A DNA stretch of 64,000 nt from Methanobacteriota archaeon (GTDB lineage Archaea; Halobacteriota; Bog-38; Methanoflorentales; Methanoflorentaceae). The position numbers were made by a program, and so were the translations under genes. The stretch is from positions 352,001 through 416,000 of the forward strand of contig OY970393.1 in the NCBI GenBank assembly GCA_963720465.1, given 5' to 3'. The notes beneath the pieces were generated by a model. That model searched no databases, was not told where the DNA came from, and saw nothing but the letters and a program-made list of their open reading frames with translations. The stretch's first letter is position 1; every line of letters starts with the position of its first letter. Of this stretch, positions 20,756-31,175 are shown one piece after another.

Positions 20756-21672
20756 TGTTCATCCCTCACGAGTTTCAGGTAGACCTCCTCGAGCGTTGCG
20801 TGCTTCTCAGTAATAAACTGGATGTGGCCGCCCGCTGCGACAATGGCTTCCATGATGCCGGGATTCTCCTTCTCAGGATCGCGCACATCGATCACCAATC
20901 TGTTGCCATCAGCCACGACGTAGCGCAACCCCAGCCGCTCTACCGCGGCGGTGACCGCAGGAGTAACCTGCTGAAGCTGAACTTCCGTCTTCCTTCCCTC
21001 GAGCGACCCCATCAGTTGTTCCGGTGTCCCTTCGGCCACGAGTTTTGTGTTCAGTATCCCGATTCTATCACAGATACGCTGTGCCTCATCGAGATTGTGC
21101 GTGTTGAGAAAGATCGTCCGCTTCTCGTGTTTGAGTTCGAGGATGAAGTCGCGCACAGTTTTTTGAAACTCCGGGTCCAAGTTTGCTGTCGGCTCGTCCA
21201 AAAAGAGAACCTGAGGCTCGTGGACCAGGGCACGGACGATGGCAAGTTTTTGTTTCATGCCTTTGGAAAACGTTCTAACCGCTCGATCCCTCACATTCCA
21301 AAGCCCCAACATCTTGAGGAAATGCTCGATCCTATCCTCCCGCTGTGCTACCGTGCACTCGTAAAGCCGTCCATAGAAGTCGAGGTTCCTGTAAGCGCTC
21401 AGGTCTTCATAGAGACCAACGTTGTCAGGCACTAACCCGATGATCTTCCTGATCTTCAGGGCATCGGCATCGTTCCCAATCTCGTAATTGCCTATTCGTG
21501 CTTCTCCGCTGGTCTTTGATATCAGACACGCTAGCACCCGAACAGTAGTGGTTTTCCCCGCGCCGTTCGGTCCAAGAAAGCCGAAGACTTCTCCCTCGTC
21601 TACACGAAGGGTCAGGTCCTCAACTGCCGTCACGTCACCAAACGTTTTCGTAAGGTTATTCGTTTCAATCAA
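20752..21672 (-). CDS. ABC transporter ATP-binding protein
   Basis: GPNGAGKTT, FSKGMKQK, LFLDEPT; 4-bp overlap with permease. Confidence 0.95.
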   Translation of the reverse strand: MIETNNLTKTFGDVTAVEDLTLRVDEGEVFGFLGPNGAGKTTTVRVLACLISKTSGEARIGNYEIGNDADALKIRKIIGLVPDNVGLYEDLSAYRNLDFYGRLYECTVAQREDRIEHFLKMLGLWNVRDRAVRTFSKGMKQKLAIVRALVHEPQVLFLDEPTANLDPEFQKTVRDFILELKHEKRTIFLNTHNLDEAQRICDRIGILNTKLVAEGTPEQLMGSLEGRKTEVQLQQVTPAVTAAVERLGLRYVVADGNRLVIDVRDPEKENPGIMEAIVAAGGHIQFITEKHATLEEVYLKLVRDEQ

Positions 21673-21754
21673 ATGCCAACACCTTGCCGGCCCGAAGATT
21701 CACAGCAATCAACTGGTGAATTAATCTGATCTCTTAAAGCTTGTAGTCATCGAC

Positions 21755-21835
21755 ATTGATTGGAAGCACTATAAGCAGCATCCTTTGCCCGAAAACGTTT
21801 ACAGCACGTACATGCGATACTGGGGCGATGTCTAA
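21755..21835 (+). repeat. Integrase 3'-tail copy T6 (plus strand)
   Basis: Translates IDWKHYKQHPLPENVYSTYMRYWGDV*. Confidence 0.85.
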
Positions 21836-22252
21836 CTTGCTGGTTGATGCGTCATCGTGCCGAACGTATTTAAGGAGAAGGCGCAGGTGCTGAGTGAGCA
21901 ATCGCAGCCTATTCAGAAGTTAAGAAATAACTCGGTCAGCTCGGTTTTCACTTCGTAAGTCCCTTTTTAGTGCTTGCTGTGCGTCGGGTAGGTTTATAAG
22001 CCGCGTGAGGCAGGGATTGTGTGGGAAAGCGTGACAGCGCGTTTGTGCCACAGTTAACGGTGGCTTTCGCTGGAACGGGCAACGACTCGGAACTATTAAG
22101 CCGAGCGCTTGGAGAGGTCAAGGCAAAATTCTATGAGAAGTCGTACAGTCTACACGTTCTACGGCGCTCTCGCAAGCAAGTTTATTGAGGCTCTGCATTG
22201 AGAGTGCTACGTTCTAATGGCAGTACTAATGTCAGTTATTGCTTAGCCATCA

Positions 22253-23095
22253 CTACCCACTTTCCACGAGCGCTCTAATGCGCTCTGCCCCATCAACGGC
22301 CTGCTTCCACACGAGCTCATAGTGATACATGAGATGTCGCGCGTAGGTAGGACTTTCGCATACGAATACCGTAAGTGACGTGTCTTTGAACAGAGAGCGC
22401 GCGGGGTCGAATCTGATAAGTACAAAACTCGTTATCGCATCATAGACAGTAAACCGCATACCACCCGGCGGTTCAAGGTGGCGCAGCTCCACGCCGCGCT
22501 CAAGGGCATAGCGTGCTTCTTCAAGATTGGCGCGCGAGATGTCTGTTATGAGGCGCGTGCGCACCCCGCGGCGCAGTAGGTCGGGCACCACATCAAGTTG
22601 ACCGGTCAAAAAGAATACGCCTAACATGGGCCCCAGCATAAAGGATGAAATGTTAGAGGTCGCCTCTGAATTAAGCTTTTTCGAGACGGCATCTACCTGC
22701 TTCGGGCCGCTCAGCACCCTATAGCGACACCCCGCCGATGCTGACAGGGCGTCGTCCACCCTTATCACCTCGGCGAGCTCCACCAGCTCTCGCTTAAGTG
22801 TTGCTTTCTTCCGTTGCTCCAGCTTGTGCTCGAAGAAGACCGCATCGAGAGCCGTTTCGGGGGGCATTGCAACATAGACCGTCGGCGCGCTTAACGACTT
22901 AGCCACTATGCCCTTCTCTAAAAGGGCGTTAAGCGTCCGGTGCACGTCCTCCCTATACGTATGCATGTGCCGCGCTATGACCACCGGCGGCTGCGCTCCG
23001 TACTTGAGCAGGTTACAATAGAGCCGCGCCTCTTTGTCGTTGAGTCCGAAGTCGCTGAGTCGTGTGATATATTCGAATTCGTCGTCGTCCGACAT
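22253..23095 (-). CDS. TrmB family transcriptional regulator
   Basis: 'FGLNDKEARLYCNLLKYG...TYREDVHRTL'; paralog of 17739 and 35373. Confidence 0.85.
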   Translation of the reverse strand: MSDDDEFEYITRLSDFGLNDKEARLYCNLLKYGAQPPVVIARHMHTYREDVHRTLNALLEKGIVAKSLSAPTVYVAMPPETALDAVFFEHKLEQRKKATLKRELVELAEVIRVDDALSASAGCRYRVLSGPKQVDAVSKKLNSEATSNISSFMLGPMLGVFFLTGQLDVVPDLLRRGVRTRLITDISRANLEEARYALERGVELRHLEPPGGMRFTVYDAITSFVLIRFDPARSLFKDTSLTVFVCESPTYARHLMYHYELVWKQAVDGAERIRALVESG

Positions 23096-23341
23096 CGCTC
23101 GGTACGTTCAACAAATGAGATATAAAGGTTAGTTACACGTGCGTGTTATGAAGTCAAGCAAAGAGCAGTGCACCGAGCGCTATGCTCCGTTTGACTTTGC
23201 CCTGCACGCACGATGGCTGGCTACCCGACGTTGTTCGTCAGCAGTTGCGACGAATTATCAAAAGGACACAAGTGCGATTGTTTTAGAGCCGCGAATACGG
23301 CAGCGCATAGTTTCCCGTATCTTTTGCCGCACCCAGCAAAT

Positions 23342-23557
23342 TCAGTCATTTTTTACCTCAACTTTGAGAGTAACAAGCTTTTCATACTTCTGCTGATAAG
23401 TGAGGTATGGTAAGATGTGCGATAGTACCTGCTCCGCGGTGCATGTGCGCTCAATGCCTTTCGAGCTTGTCTGAATCCACCCGCTTTTCTCTTTTCTAAA
23501 GCTCTGCACACTGCCATTCTTCGTTGTAAAGTAAATTATGCACTCGCTGTTTTTCAT
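23342..23557 (-). CDS. Hypothetical protein
   Basis: 71-aa ATG ORF with normal composition. Confidence 0.5.
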   Translation of the reverse strand: MKNSECIIYFTTKNGSVQSFRKEKSGWIQTSSKGIERTCTAEQVLSHILPYLTYQQKYEKLVTLKVEVKND

Positions 23558-23794
23558 TTATTCATCCACTTTTCTTCCGCCGGTCGTCTTTTTTCCAAGA
23601 AGACGTCTTGAGATGACTCGATAATAGTTAAGCTCTACAGAAATATTTTCTATTTGTGCGCCTCTACATTAATCGACCCCGCCCAAAGGCTGTCGTGATT
23701 TTTGGGCAGGCCCTCTGGGCAATCCGCAACGATACATACATTGACCTTATTATAATTACAAGCATTACCTTATAGCCGAAGCCGGATAAGGAGA

Positions 23795-23998
23795 ATGGTG
23801 AAAATGGTGAGCGTGCAAGATAAAACGACAATAACCGTCTCGAGGGATACGAGAGAGTGGCTTACTCTGCTCAAACTCAAGATACAGGAGACCGAAAAGC
23901 AGGAACTATCCCAAGATGATATAGTTCGGCTGGCCCTCGCCTGCTTAGACGACCATCAAAATGAGGCTGACATGTCGTGCCTTATTAGAGAGTCATAA
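23795..23998 (+). CDS. Small putative DNA-binding (ribbon-helix-helix-like) protein
   Basis: 'TTITVSRDTREWL…SQDDIVRLAL' pattern; RBS AAGGAG and AT-rich upstream box. Confidence 0.55.
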   Translation: MVKMVSVQDKTTITVSRDTREWLTLLKLKIQETEKQELSQDDIVRLALACLDDHQNEADMSCLIRES

Positions 23999-24014
23999 GA
24001 AAAGCTGGCATAGC

Positions 24015-24060
24015 ATGAAGTTATAGGCTATATTCGCGTCCCGACTGAAGACAATACAAG
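24015..24060 (+). pseudogene. Serine recombinase/resolvase N-terminal remnant
   Basis: ATG followed (with 1-nt shift) by VIGYIRVPTED, matching the YxRVST motif with Ser->Pro. Confidence 0.45.
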
Positions 24061-25446
24061 GAAGACGTACTTCTCGAGGGCACAAAATGCCATTAGATAT
24101 ACTATTTTTTAATCCAACAGCGTACAGCATATATGCTTATTTCGGCCCTAGAAGCTCATCACACCCTTCTTTTTCGAGCTGCGCTTTACAGTCATAGAGA
24201 TATAGCATACAAAGCGCGCTGGCGGGACAAAATGAATCAAAAGCGCAAAACGGCGGCGTGATAGCTTAAGTGTTGTTGTTCAGCTGCACGACGTTTGGTA
24301 CATCGGACGCGCCCACCCTCTCTTTTTTTGCGAGTACCCCTGGGCCATGAAAGCATAATGTTCTGTGACCCTATCAGTACCCGTACTTGTCTTTGGTCTT
24401 GGAAGAGCGCACTGGCCTGTCGGCCTCCTTATGCTGGTTGCTTCATGTGTTTCACGCAATCAGTGAGGGCAGCTTCCGCATATGTACAACAGGCGTCCCA
24501 AAACTTTGTTTCTGCGACCGCACGCCGCGCATCCGCCCAGTCAAACCAACACAGATTTTCCACGTATCTGCACGGCGGGTTGGCCTGGTCGGACAAAATC
24601 AACGCGAAGCTCGTTATCTCGCGTTCTGCCCTCTCGAATTCCTGCCACTCGCGCTGCTGAGCTTCCTGTCTTCTGCGTTTCGCGTCTGCTAGCGCTAGTT
24701 TTTGTGCTTTACAATCTATAGTACCACCAGCTGCAAAAACGAGTCTGTGACACCCATGACAACTAATTCGGAGGGCATGACCAGTATCGTATTTGCTCAA
24801 CCTTGAAATAGATGTGTAACAGTGTGGAGTCACAGTATGGACGAAAAAATGAAGAAGTCTCTTCGCGTTGTCTCGCTACCAACAATAGTGGCTGTTACTA
24901 GTTTTTCCAGGTATAGATAACGAATGTAAGTGAGCGATTCAGTGAACCCGTTAATGATGGACTGTCGCAGATGCATTAGATTCGTCGGCTGCAAGTTATC
25001 GCGACTGTGAGAAAAGCAACAGCGTGAGTCGTGCTCCCCTCTATGAGACCAACTTGTATCAAGACGGCAAGGAAGGCAAGTAACGTTGCCAGCGCGCAGA
25101 GCATTCTCAAGAAAAACTCGATTCGCTTCGTATTTTTTTCTGCGATGTATTCACTCCAGACCGCTTAAAAACGAGTGTTATGTTTTAGTTTTACTAATTT
25201 GAGTTGGGGCTGTGGCTTTTGGCTAATGGAGTGGCGCAACACTCTCCCATTTCTGTGCAGGCCCGAGCTAGGATAGCATAGCGTGTTCCTTCTGACCTTT
25301 CCTTATCTCCTAGCTCATTTCAATGCCTGAGAGCGATAAATACGGCCTCTCGGTGTTAGTGTCAGACCGCAGCCTTTAAATGGCATCATCTCGGTACTTC
25401 GCGTGGGACAGGCTAAAACCCGCCCAAAAAGAAAAGAGGTGCAGAT

Positions 25447-25995
25447 ATGGAAAAAATGCCATTCGTTATAGAAGTTTCGGCAGAAATGCAAGCGCCGCCC
25501 AAAAAGAAAGGAGGCACAGCTACAAGCAAAATGGCAGTAAGGAAAATGGCTGCCGTTCTAGTAGTAGCGGCGGTAGCTTTTTCAGTCTTCGGCGTAGTGG
25601 GCGCAGTCGCACAAATGTCGTCAAGCTCAACGACAATGACGACGACGACACCAACCACAGGATGCGCTGCAACCACAACACCAACCACAGGATGCTCTGC
25701 AACCACGACACCAACCACAGGATGCTCTGCAACCACGACATGCTCGGGATGCTCTGCAACCACGACATGCTCGGGATGCTCCGCAACCACGACACCAACC
25801 ACAGGATGCGCTGCAACCACGACATGCTCGGGATGCTCCGCAACCACGACACCAACCACAGGATGCGCTGCAACCACAACACCAACCACAGGATGCTCCG
25901 CAACCACGACACCAACCACAGGATGCGCTGCAACCACGACACCTACGTCTAGCATGAGCAGTTCAACGATGACGACGGGGTGTTCGGCGAAATAA
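25447..25995 (+). CDS. Secreted Thr/Cys-rich tandem-repeat protein
   Basis: Signal peptide then TTTPTTGC(A/S)A and TTTCSGCSA repeats; true start may be a later ATG (25531 or 25546). Confidence 0.7.
   Translation: MEKMPFVIEVSAEMQAPPKKKGGTATSKMAVRKMAAVLVVAAVAFSVFGVVGAVAQMSSSSTTMTTTTPTTGCAATTTPTTGCSATTTPTTGCSATTTCSGCSATTTCSGCSATTTPTTGCAATTTCSGCSATTTPTTGCAATTTPTTGCSATTTPTTGCAATTTPTSSMSSSTMTTGCSAK
25645..25945 (+). repeat. Coding tandem repeat (30-nt and 27-nt units)
   Basis: ACACCAACCACAGGATGC(G/T)C(T/C)GCAACCACG units interspersed with ACATGCTCGGGATGCTC(T/C)GCAACCACG units. Confidence 0.9.
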
Positions 25996-26349
25996 GGGCG
26001 TAACTGGATACGTTACTTCCGGAATGAAGAGTTCTGGAAAGGCGACGAACCTCGCAGAATACGCGCAGATGTTTCCCCTTTGTGCCGAAAAGAGGCTCAG
26101 CGCTGAGCGGGCGATTTTTATTAACCTGGCGGCAGGCCGGTCGTCGGCTGCGCATCGTGCGCAAAAATCGGACAGGGCAGCCAGGGAATAACCTAGCTTT
26201 TTCTTTTTCTGTGTTTTGCAGTTCAGGGCTCATAAATCAAAGGCAATCGAAAAAGAAAGAACGGTGGAGGCTCTAGTGCTCTCCAACCTCTCTTTCTTTA
26301 CACGCAGTGGCGTGCTGAAACGCTAGGAAACTGCACGGGCGCGCCTAGC

Positions 26350-26464
26350 TCAGATTTTTAAGCTCACGCCTCCCCAGTACTTCATGTAAACGTCATAAAC
26401 CGAATCAGGTAGCGGATGCTTGTAAAATCGCCAGTCAATTCCGCTGACTCCGTGCGTGAGTATG
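26350..26464 (-). repeat. Integrase 3'-tail copy T7
   Basis: Translates ILTHGVSGIDWRFYKHPLPDSVYDVYMKYWGGVSLKI*. Confidence 0.9.
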
Positions 26465-26487
26465 ATTCGACAGTTTTAAAGACTTAG

Positions 26488-26904
26488 ATGCCTGTCTATT
26501 TCTGGGGCACAATGCGGGAAGAACATGAAAGTGTCGGTGATTTGACCTTCCATCTTGACGATCAGGTGCAAACTGGGCAGGGCTTTGCTAGATGCTCAAT
26601 CAACCGAGATGAGATACACGCGGGGACTTTGGAAAACCCAAGGGCCACGGCTAACGGACTTGCGGACATATACGGCGTAATTTTCCTTCATCCCAAGGAA
26701 GACCAGAGGTTGTTGCCACAGCTCTACCAGCATCTTAAAACTGACAAGCAGATTCACCTTGAGGCTGACTTCATAAACAGGTATACAGATGCGTTTATAC
26801 CGTTGAGGCTCGTGGTTCATCTCTTTCGAATCGACATGTCAAGCTCTGAAACCATCGTTTGCGAATTTGACTCAGCTCATATATCAATAATCAGCAGGGG
26901 CTAA
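26488..26904 (+). CDS. Hypothetical protein
   Basis: 138-aa ORF starting just beyond T7. Confidence 0.55.
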   Translation: MPVYFWGTMREEHESVGDLTFHLDDQVQTGQGFARCSINRDEIHAGTLENPRATANGLADIYGVIFLHPKEDQRLLPQLYQHLKTDKQIHLEADFINRYTDAFIPLRLVVHLFRIDMSSSETIVCEFDSAHISIISRG

Positions 26905-27145
26905 CTAACATTTGAGTGACTCACAGTATTTTTTTTAGATATCTACGTAAGGCCGATCTAGGTTCTCACTAGAATGTTTGAAGCCGATCCTAATGCGCTA
27001 ACTGCGGACAGCCTCCACGCCGGCTTCAAACACGAAGGCGGAGCGTAGTGAAAGGAATCCACGATAACACTAAAACGCTGCAGTATATTGAAACCTATGT
27101 CCGAAGAAAAAAAAGAGATTCTATGTATTCAGAGTTATGACTGAA

Positions 27146-27307
27146 CTATTTTGTGAACAAGGCAGCAATTCCACCTAGGAATAATATGATAACTGCCAAC
27201 CAAGCTAGCCAAATTACTAAAAATGGAAACAACGCTAAGAGGATTGCGAGTATGATAGCGAGTCCTATCATCCCACCCGCACTCAATTGTCTTGTCTCCG
27301 CCATCAT
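27146..27307 (-). CDS. Small membrane protein (53 aa)
   Basis: Manual translation MMAETRQLSAGGMIGLAIILAILLALFPFLVIWLAWLAVIILFLGGIAALFTK*; strong RBS AGGAGGTGA. Confidence 0.7.
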   Translation of the reverse strand: MMAETRQLSAGGMIGLAIILAILLALFPFLVIWLAWLAVIILFLGGIAALFTK

Positions 27308-27383
27308 TTCACCTCCTGTTGAATTTTAGTCCAATCTTTGTTTCAGTGTAATCATTATTTGTTTGTCTGCGATCATCTAAATA

Positions 27384-27446
27384 TTAGAACTCGACATCGC
27401 TCCAATACTGCATATAAACATCATACACGTGCTCAGGCAGCGGATG
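27384..27446 (-). repeat. Integrase 3'-tail copy T8
   Basis: Translates HPLPEHVYDVYMQYWSDVEF*. Confidence 0.88.
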
Positions 27447-27652
27447 TATTGCGCCTATTTGGTTTGATCTAGAGCTTCTGTCGGAGTCTGTATGAGGCTC
27501 CGGTTGCCGTGTCGAATTCTCGCGTCGAACGGAAAATGTTTTGCTAAGAAGTCGGAACCTTAATGGGCCTCCACTGACGTGGAATTTTGCAAATAGTCTG
27601 AAAGAAAAAGCATAATGTAAATTACATCACGAGATTATTCTGATATACAAAA

Positions 27653-28435
27653 ATGAGCGAAAATACATTAAATCTTGGTAAAATGGAAGAAAAAGACCTG
27701 TATCCTACCGTATTCCAGCGGAAGTCCATTAGAAAGTACGATTTAGACCGCCTCGATGAAGATACGTTAAAGGAGATCAGAGATCATCTTCAAACTTTAA
27801 AACCGTTGCATAAGGACATTAAAATTGAATTCAAGATTTTATCTCCCTATGTTGTTAAAAGACGGACGATGAGAGAAGCACTGCACTATATAGCTGTTTT
27901 TTCAGAGGTAAAAGAGGGGTATCTAAGCAACGTAGGGTTCATGCTGCAGCAGATGGATCTATTTTTTTCTGCTAATGGACTGGGTAGTTGCTGGCAGGGG
28001 ATCCCTACTCTCAAAAAAGAAGGTTTGGCAAGTTCACGTCTGAAATTTATCATGTTAATGCCGTTTGGAAAGCCCCAGGAAACGTTACACCGAACAAAAA
28101 CTTCCCAATTCAAAAGAAAATCACTCCAGGAGATAAGTGACATTAAAGGCGCAGATGATTTACTGGAAACAGCTCGTCTTGCTCCTTCTGCACGCAATGC
28201 ACAGGAGTGGTTTTTTACGGGTGATGAACATTTAATTCATGCATATTACCGTAAACCAAGCTTCATCCCGGGACTTTTAATCAAAAAATATCCTCCCATG
28301 GATGTGGGAATTAGTCTTTATCACTTGAAACTGGGTGCAGAACATTTTGGCAAGGAAACTGAAATTATATTTGATAACCCGGAGGATGATACTCTCAATG
28401 ATTATGAGTATGTTGCCAGTTTGCGCTTAAAATGA
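27653..28435 (+). CDS. Nitroreductase-family protein (two domains)
   Basis: 'RKSIRKY', 'GLGSCWQG', 'ARLAPSARNAQEW', 'MDVGISLYH'; visibly AT-rich. Confidence 0.85.
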   Translation: MSENTLNLGKMEEKDLYPTVFQRKSIRKYDLDRLDEDTLKEIRDHLQTLKPLHKDIKIEFKILSPYVVKRRTMREALHYIAVFSEVKEGYLSNVGFMLQQMDLFFSANGLGSCWQGIPTLKKEGLASSRLKFIMLMPFGKPQETLHRTKTSQFKRKSLQEISDIKGADDLLETARLAPSARNAQEWFFTGDEHLIHAYYRKPSFIPGLLIKKYPPMDVGISLYHLKLGAEHFGKETEIIFDNPEDDTLNDYEYVASLRLK

Positions 28436-28512
28436 CTCAATGCGCTTCTCCAATACAAGCATTTAAACAGAATTGCATACGCAATCTGGATAGAAGCAAT
28501 CGGTGACAGACA

Positions 28513-29656
28513 ATGCTTTACCGGAAGATGAAAAAGGCCGCACCCAACCTCTCTATCCTCGGGTTCGGGTGCATGCGGCTCCCCCTGAAAGAGAGCGGGC
28601 AGATTGACGAGGAAAAAACAACCGGGATGATGCGGTATGCGATCGACCACGGTGTGAATTATATCGATACCGCGTATCCCTATCACAACGGTGAAAGCGA
28701 ACCAGTCGTCGGGCGTGCACTCGCCGGCGGGTACCGCGAAAAGGTGCACCTGGCGACCAAGCTCCCCAGCTGGCTGATAAAATCCCGGGAGGATATGGAC
28801 AAGTATCTCAATGAGCAGCTTGCGCGGCTCAGAACCGACTCCATCGATTTCTATCTCCTGCACGGGCTCGTGCAGCCGTTCTGGGAGAATCTCTCGGCTC
28901 TCGGCGTTACGGACTTTCTAGATGACGCCATCGCGGATGAGCGGATCCGCTATGCTGGATTCTCATTTCATGACAACACGAAGGTCTTTAACGAGATCGT
29001 GAAAAGTTACGATTGGACATTCGCCCAAATCCAGTGACAATTTCATGGACGAACACTACCAGGCAGGGACGAAGGGGCTGAAATACGCGGCGAAGAAAGG
29101 GCTCGGCATCGTGGTCATGGAGCCGATCCGAGGCGGTTTGCTTGCCAGGGATCTTGCTGGTATCTCAGAGATCTGGAAGAAGGCACACGTTCAACGTCCC
29201 CCCGCAGAATGGGCGCTTCGCTGGGTCTGGAACCATCCGGAAGTGACCGTCGTCCTTTCCGGGATGTCGGCACCGGAGCAGGTCAGGCAGAATGTCGATG
29301 CCGCAAAAAACGGGTTGCCGAACTCCTTGACAAAGGCAGAACTCACCCTGTTCAAGAACGTAAAAAAAGAGTTAGAGAAGCGGATTGTAATCCCCTGCAC
29401 CGGATGCAAGTACTGTATGCCGTGTCCGCATGGTGTCAGCATCCCAGAGTGCTTTGAATATTATAACCGCGGGCACATGTACGAAGACGAGGAACAGACC
29501 CGGCGGATCTATTTGGCCTTCCTCGGTGGTGTGTTAGACGGCAATCCAAGGTACGCGTCCTTCTGCGAAGAGTGCGGGGAATGCGAAGAGAAATGCCCCC
29601 AGAGTCTCCCGATCCGAAATAACCTGAAGAACGTAGTGGAATATTTCGGGAAATAA
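28513..29656 (+). pseudogene. Aldo/keto reductase with C-terminal Fe-S domain, 1-nt frameshift
   Basis: 'LGFGCMRLP', 'NYIDTAYPY'; CAG TGAC AAT TTC ATG at ~29032 where QYNFM is expected; CTGCKYCMPCP and CEECGECEEKCP. Confidence 0.85.
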
Positions 29657-29755
29657 TATGAAGTGGGGCGCGATATCCGCGCCAAATGTATAAAGTCCAG
29701 CACCAATTGCGGTTTTGTTATACACTTAGCTAAACGATCAGGAGGCGCTCTGATT

Positions 29756-29899
29756 ATGACGGCTATGATTCCGCAATGTTACTTCTGTAAGCTCCACGAG
29801 CAAGGTATTAAATGCGCCAAATATGACCAAATCGCCCCCGAAATATTGGTTAACCTTAGAAAGTGCGCGTTTAAAGAAGATACCACCCCGGATAGGTAA
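29756..29899 (+). CDS. Small Cys-rich protein (47 aa)
   Basis: MTAMIPQCYFCKLHEQGIKCAKYDQIAPEILVNLRKCAF…; RBS AGGAGG. Confidence 0.5.
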   Translation: MTAMIPQCYFCKLHEQGIKCAKYDQIAPEILVNLRKCAFKEDTTPDR

Positions 29900-30149
29900 A
29901 CGATGACGGTAATAGAGAGCGCAGTAAAATACGGATCTATCTTCTCTATTGGCCCCACCTTAACAGAGGGTGGCATTTGCGGCCTTATACCCAAATTCGG
30001 TTTCTATTCGGCACGCTCTGAATTCTAGAAACACGAGCCAAACTTTTCGAAGCGTCACCTTTAATAAAAGCTAAATTCTGCTGCAAATGCGGGAACAGCC
30101 TCTCTAATTGACTATCTTTTTGCGGGTTTGTTGAAGGCGCGTCCGCGTA

Positions 30150-30268
30150 CTAACTAAGGTCGTCGAAGGTGACATGTTTCCAGTACTGCATATACAGATC
30201 ATAAACGTGGTCAGGCAGTGGATGCCGATAATTGCTTCACTCAACACCGCGAACGCTGTGTGCGCATA
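30150..30268 (-). repeat. Integrase 3'-tail copy T9
   Basis: Translates …GVE*SNYRHPLPDHVYDLYMQYWKHVTFDDLS*. Confidence 0.85.
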
Positions 30269-30407
30269 ACGGCCTTGACTCGGACTAGAACTGTAACACA
30301 AGTTAGTTACAGCAATGCTTATTTACGCCGAGCGTATAGTGTCTGGTTTCAAAAAACGGCGGTTGAGTAATCAATGCGGAGACCAACACACGCATGGAAG
30401 TGATAAG

Positions 30408-30719
30408 ATGTCCAAGTTTTTCATACGATGGCACGTTGACAATTTCAAGATGCCCGCTACTCCTGAAGAGACTGGGAAGCTCTTTATATCGATGCTCGAA
30501 ACGGTGGAAGCCGGTTTGCACACTGGCAAGCTTAAGGACTGGGGACAGCTCGGCAACGGACGGGACGGATATGCGATTAGTGAGTTAAACGAAGAGGAGC
30601 TTTTCGCTTGCATGCTCCAGTGGATGCCGTTTATAACGTTTGAGGTATTTCCGGTGGTCAGTGCCGACCAGTCGATGGAAGCACTAGACAAAGCAGTTGC
30701 GACGCTGCAGTCTCCGTAA
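30408..30719 (+). CDS. Small dimeric alpha/beta-barrel-like protein (DUF3303-like)
   Basis: MSKFFIRW…LKDWG…GYAISE…WMPFITFEVFPV; sole gene between T9 and T10. Confidence 0.65.
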   Translation: MSKFFIRWHVDNFKMPATPEETGKLFISMLETVEAGLHTGKLKDWGQLGNGRDGYAISELNEEELFACMLQWMPFITFEVFPVVSADQSMEALDKAVATLQSP

Positions 30720-30788
30720 AAAAGTGCTTCGGCGGTGGAGGAGAAAAGAGGAGCGACCTTACACTTTAAGCGGATGAGCTGCGACTGT

Positions 30789-30927
30789 TCACAGACTAGA
30801 GCGCACGTCTTTCCAATATTTCATTTACACGTCATACACGTTCTCTGGCAGCGGATGCCGATAATGTGCTCATGAAACGTCCCTAGCGCCACGCGTAAGA
30901 ACGTAACGCAATTTGACTCACTCCACG
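30789..30927 (-). repeat. Integrase 3'-tail copy T10
   Basis: Translates …YVLTRGARDVS*AHYRHPLPENVYDV*MKYWKDVRSSL*. Confidence 0.85.
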
Positions 30928-31175
30928 TAGCAACGCCCCTCTGGCAGCAAGTTTTCTCTTGGCTCTCAAGAAGGGCCACTGTGCTTTTATGGCCGACTAC
31001 AAAGCTTATTAATGCACCGCACCGCTCGCAATCACCGCGAGCGAGACAGGTTTATATAGATCCCTCTCGAAATGAAACAAGAAAAACAGGGTGTATGGAG
31101 GATCTCTCGTACACCTTTGCTGTTTATGTCCCATAGGCGCCCGTAAGCTAGGAAGAATCGCTTGCTGCCCCTCTC

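Noticed and set aside
25645-25945. Regular ~30-bp repeats suggesting a CRISPR array
   Set aside because: Units are contiguous with no unique spacers, lengths are multiples of 3 inside a signal-peptide ORF, and no cas genes are present.
29035-29037. TGA in the AKR gene as selenocysteine or read-through
   Set aside because: The downstream half is in a different frame and the expected residue is Tyr; a 1-nt insertion explains it.
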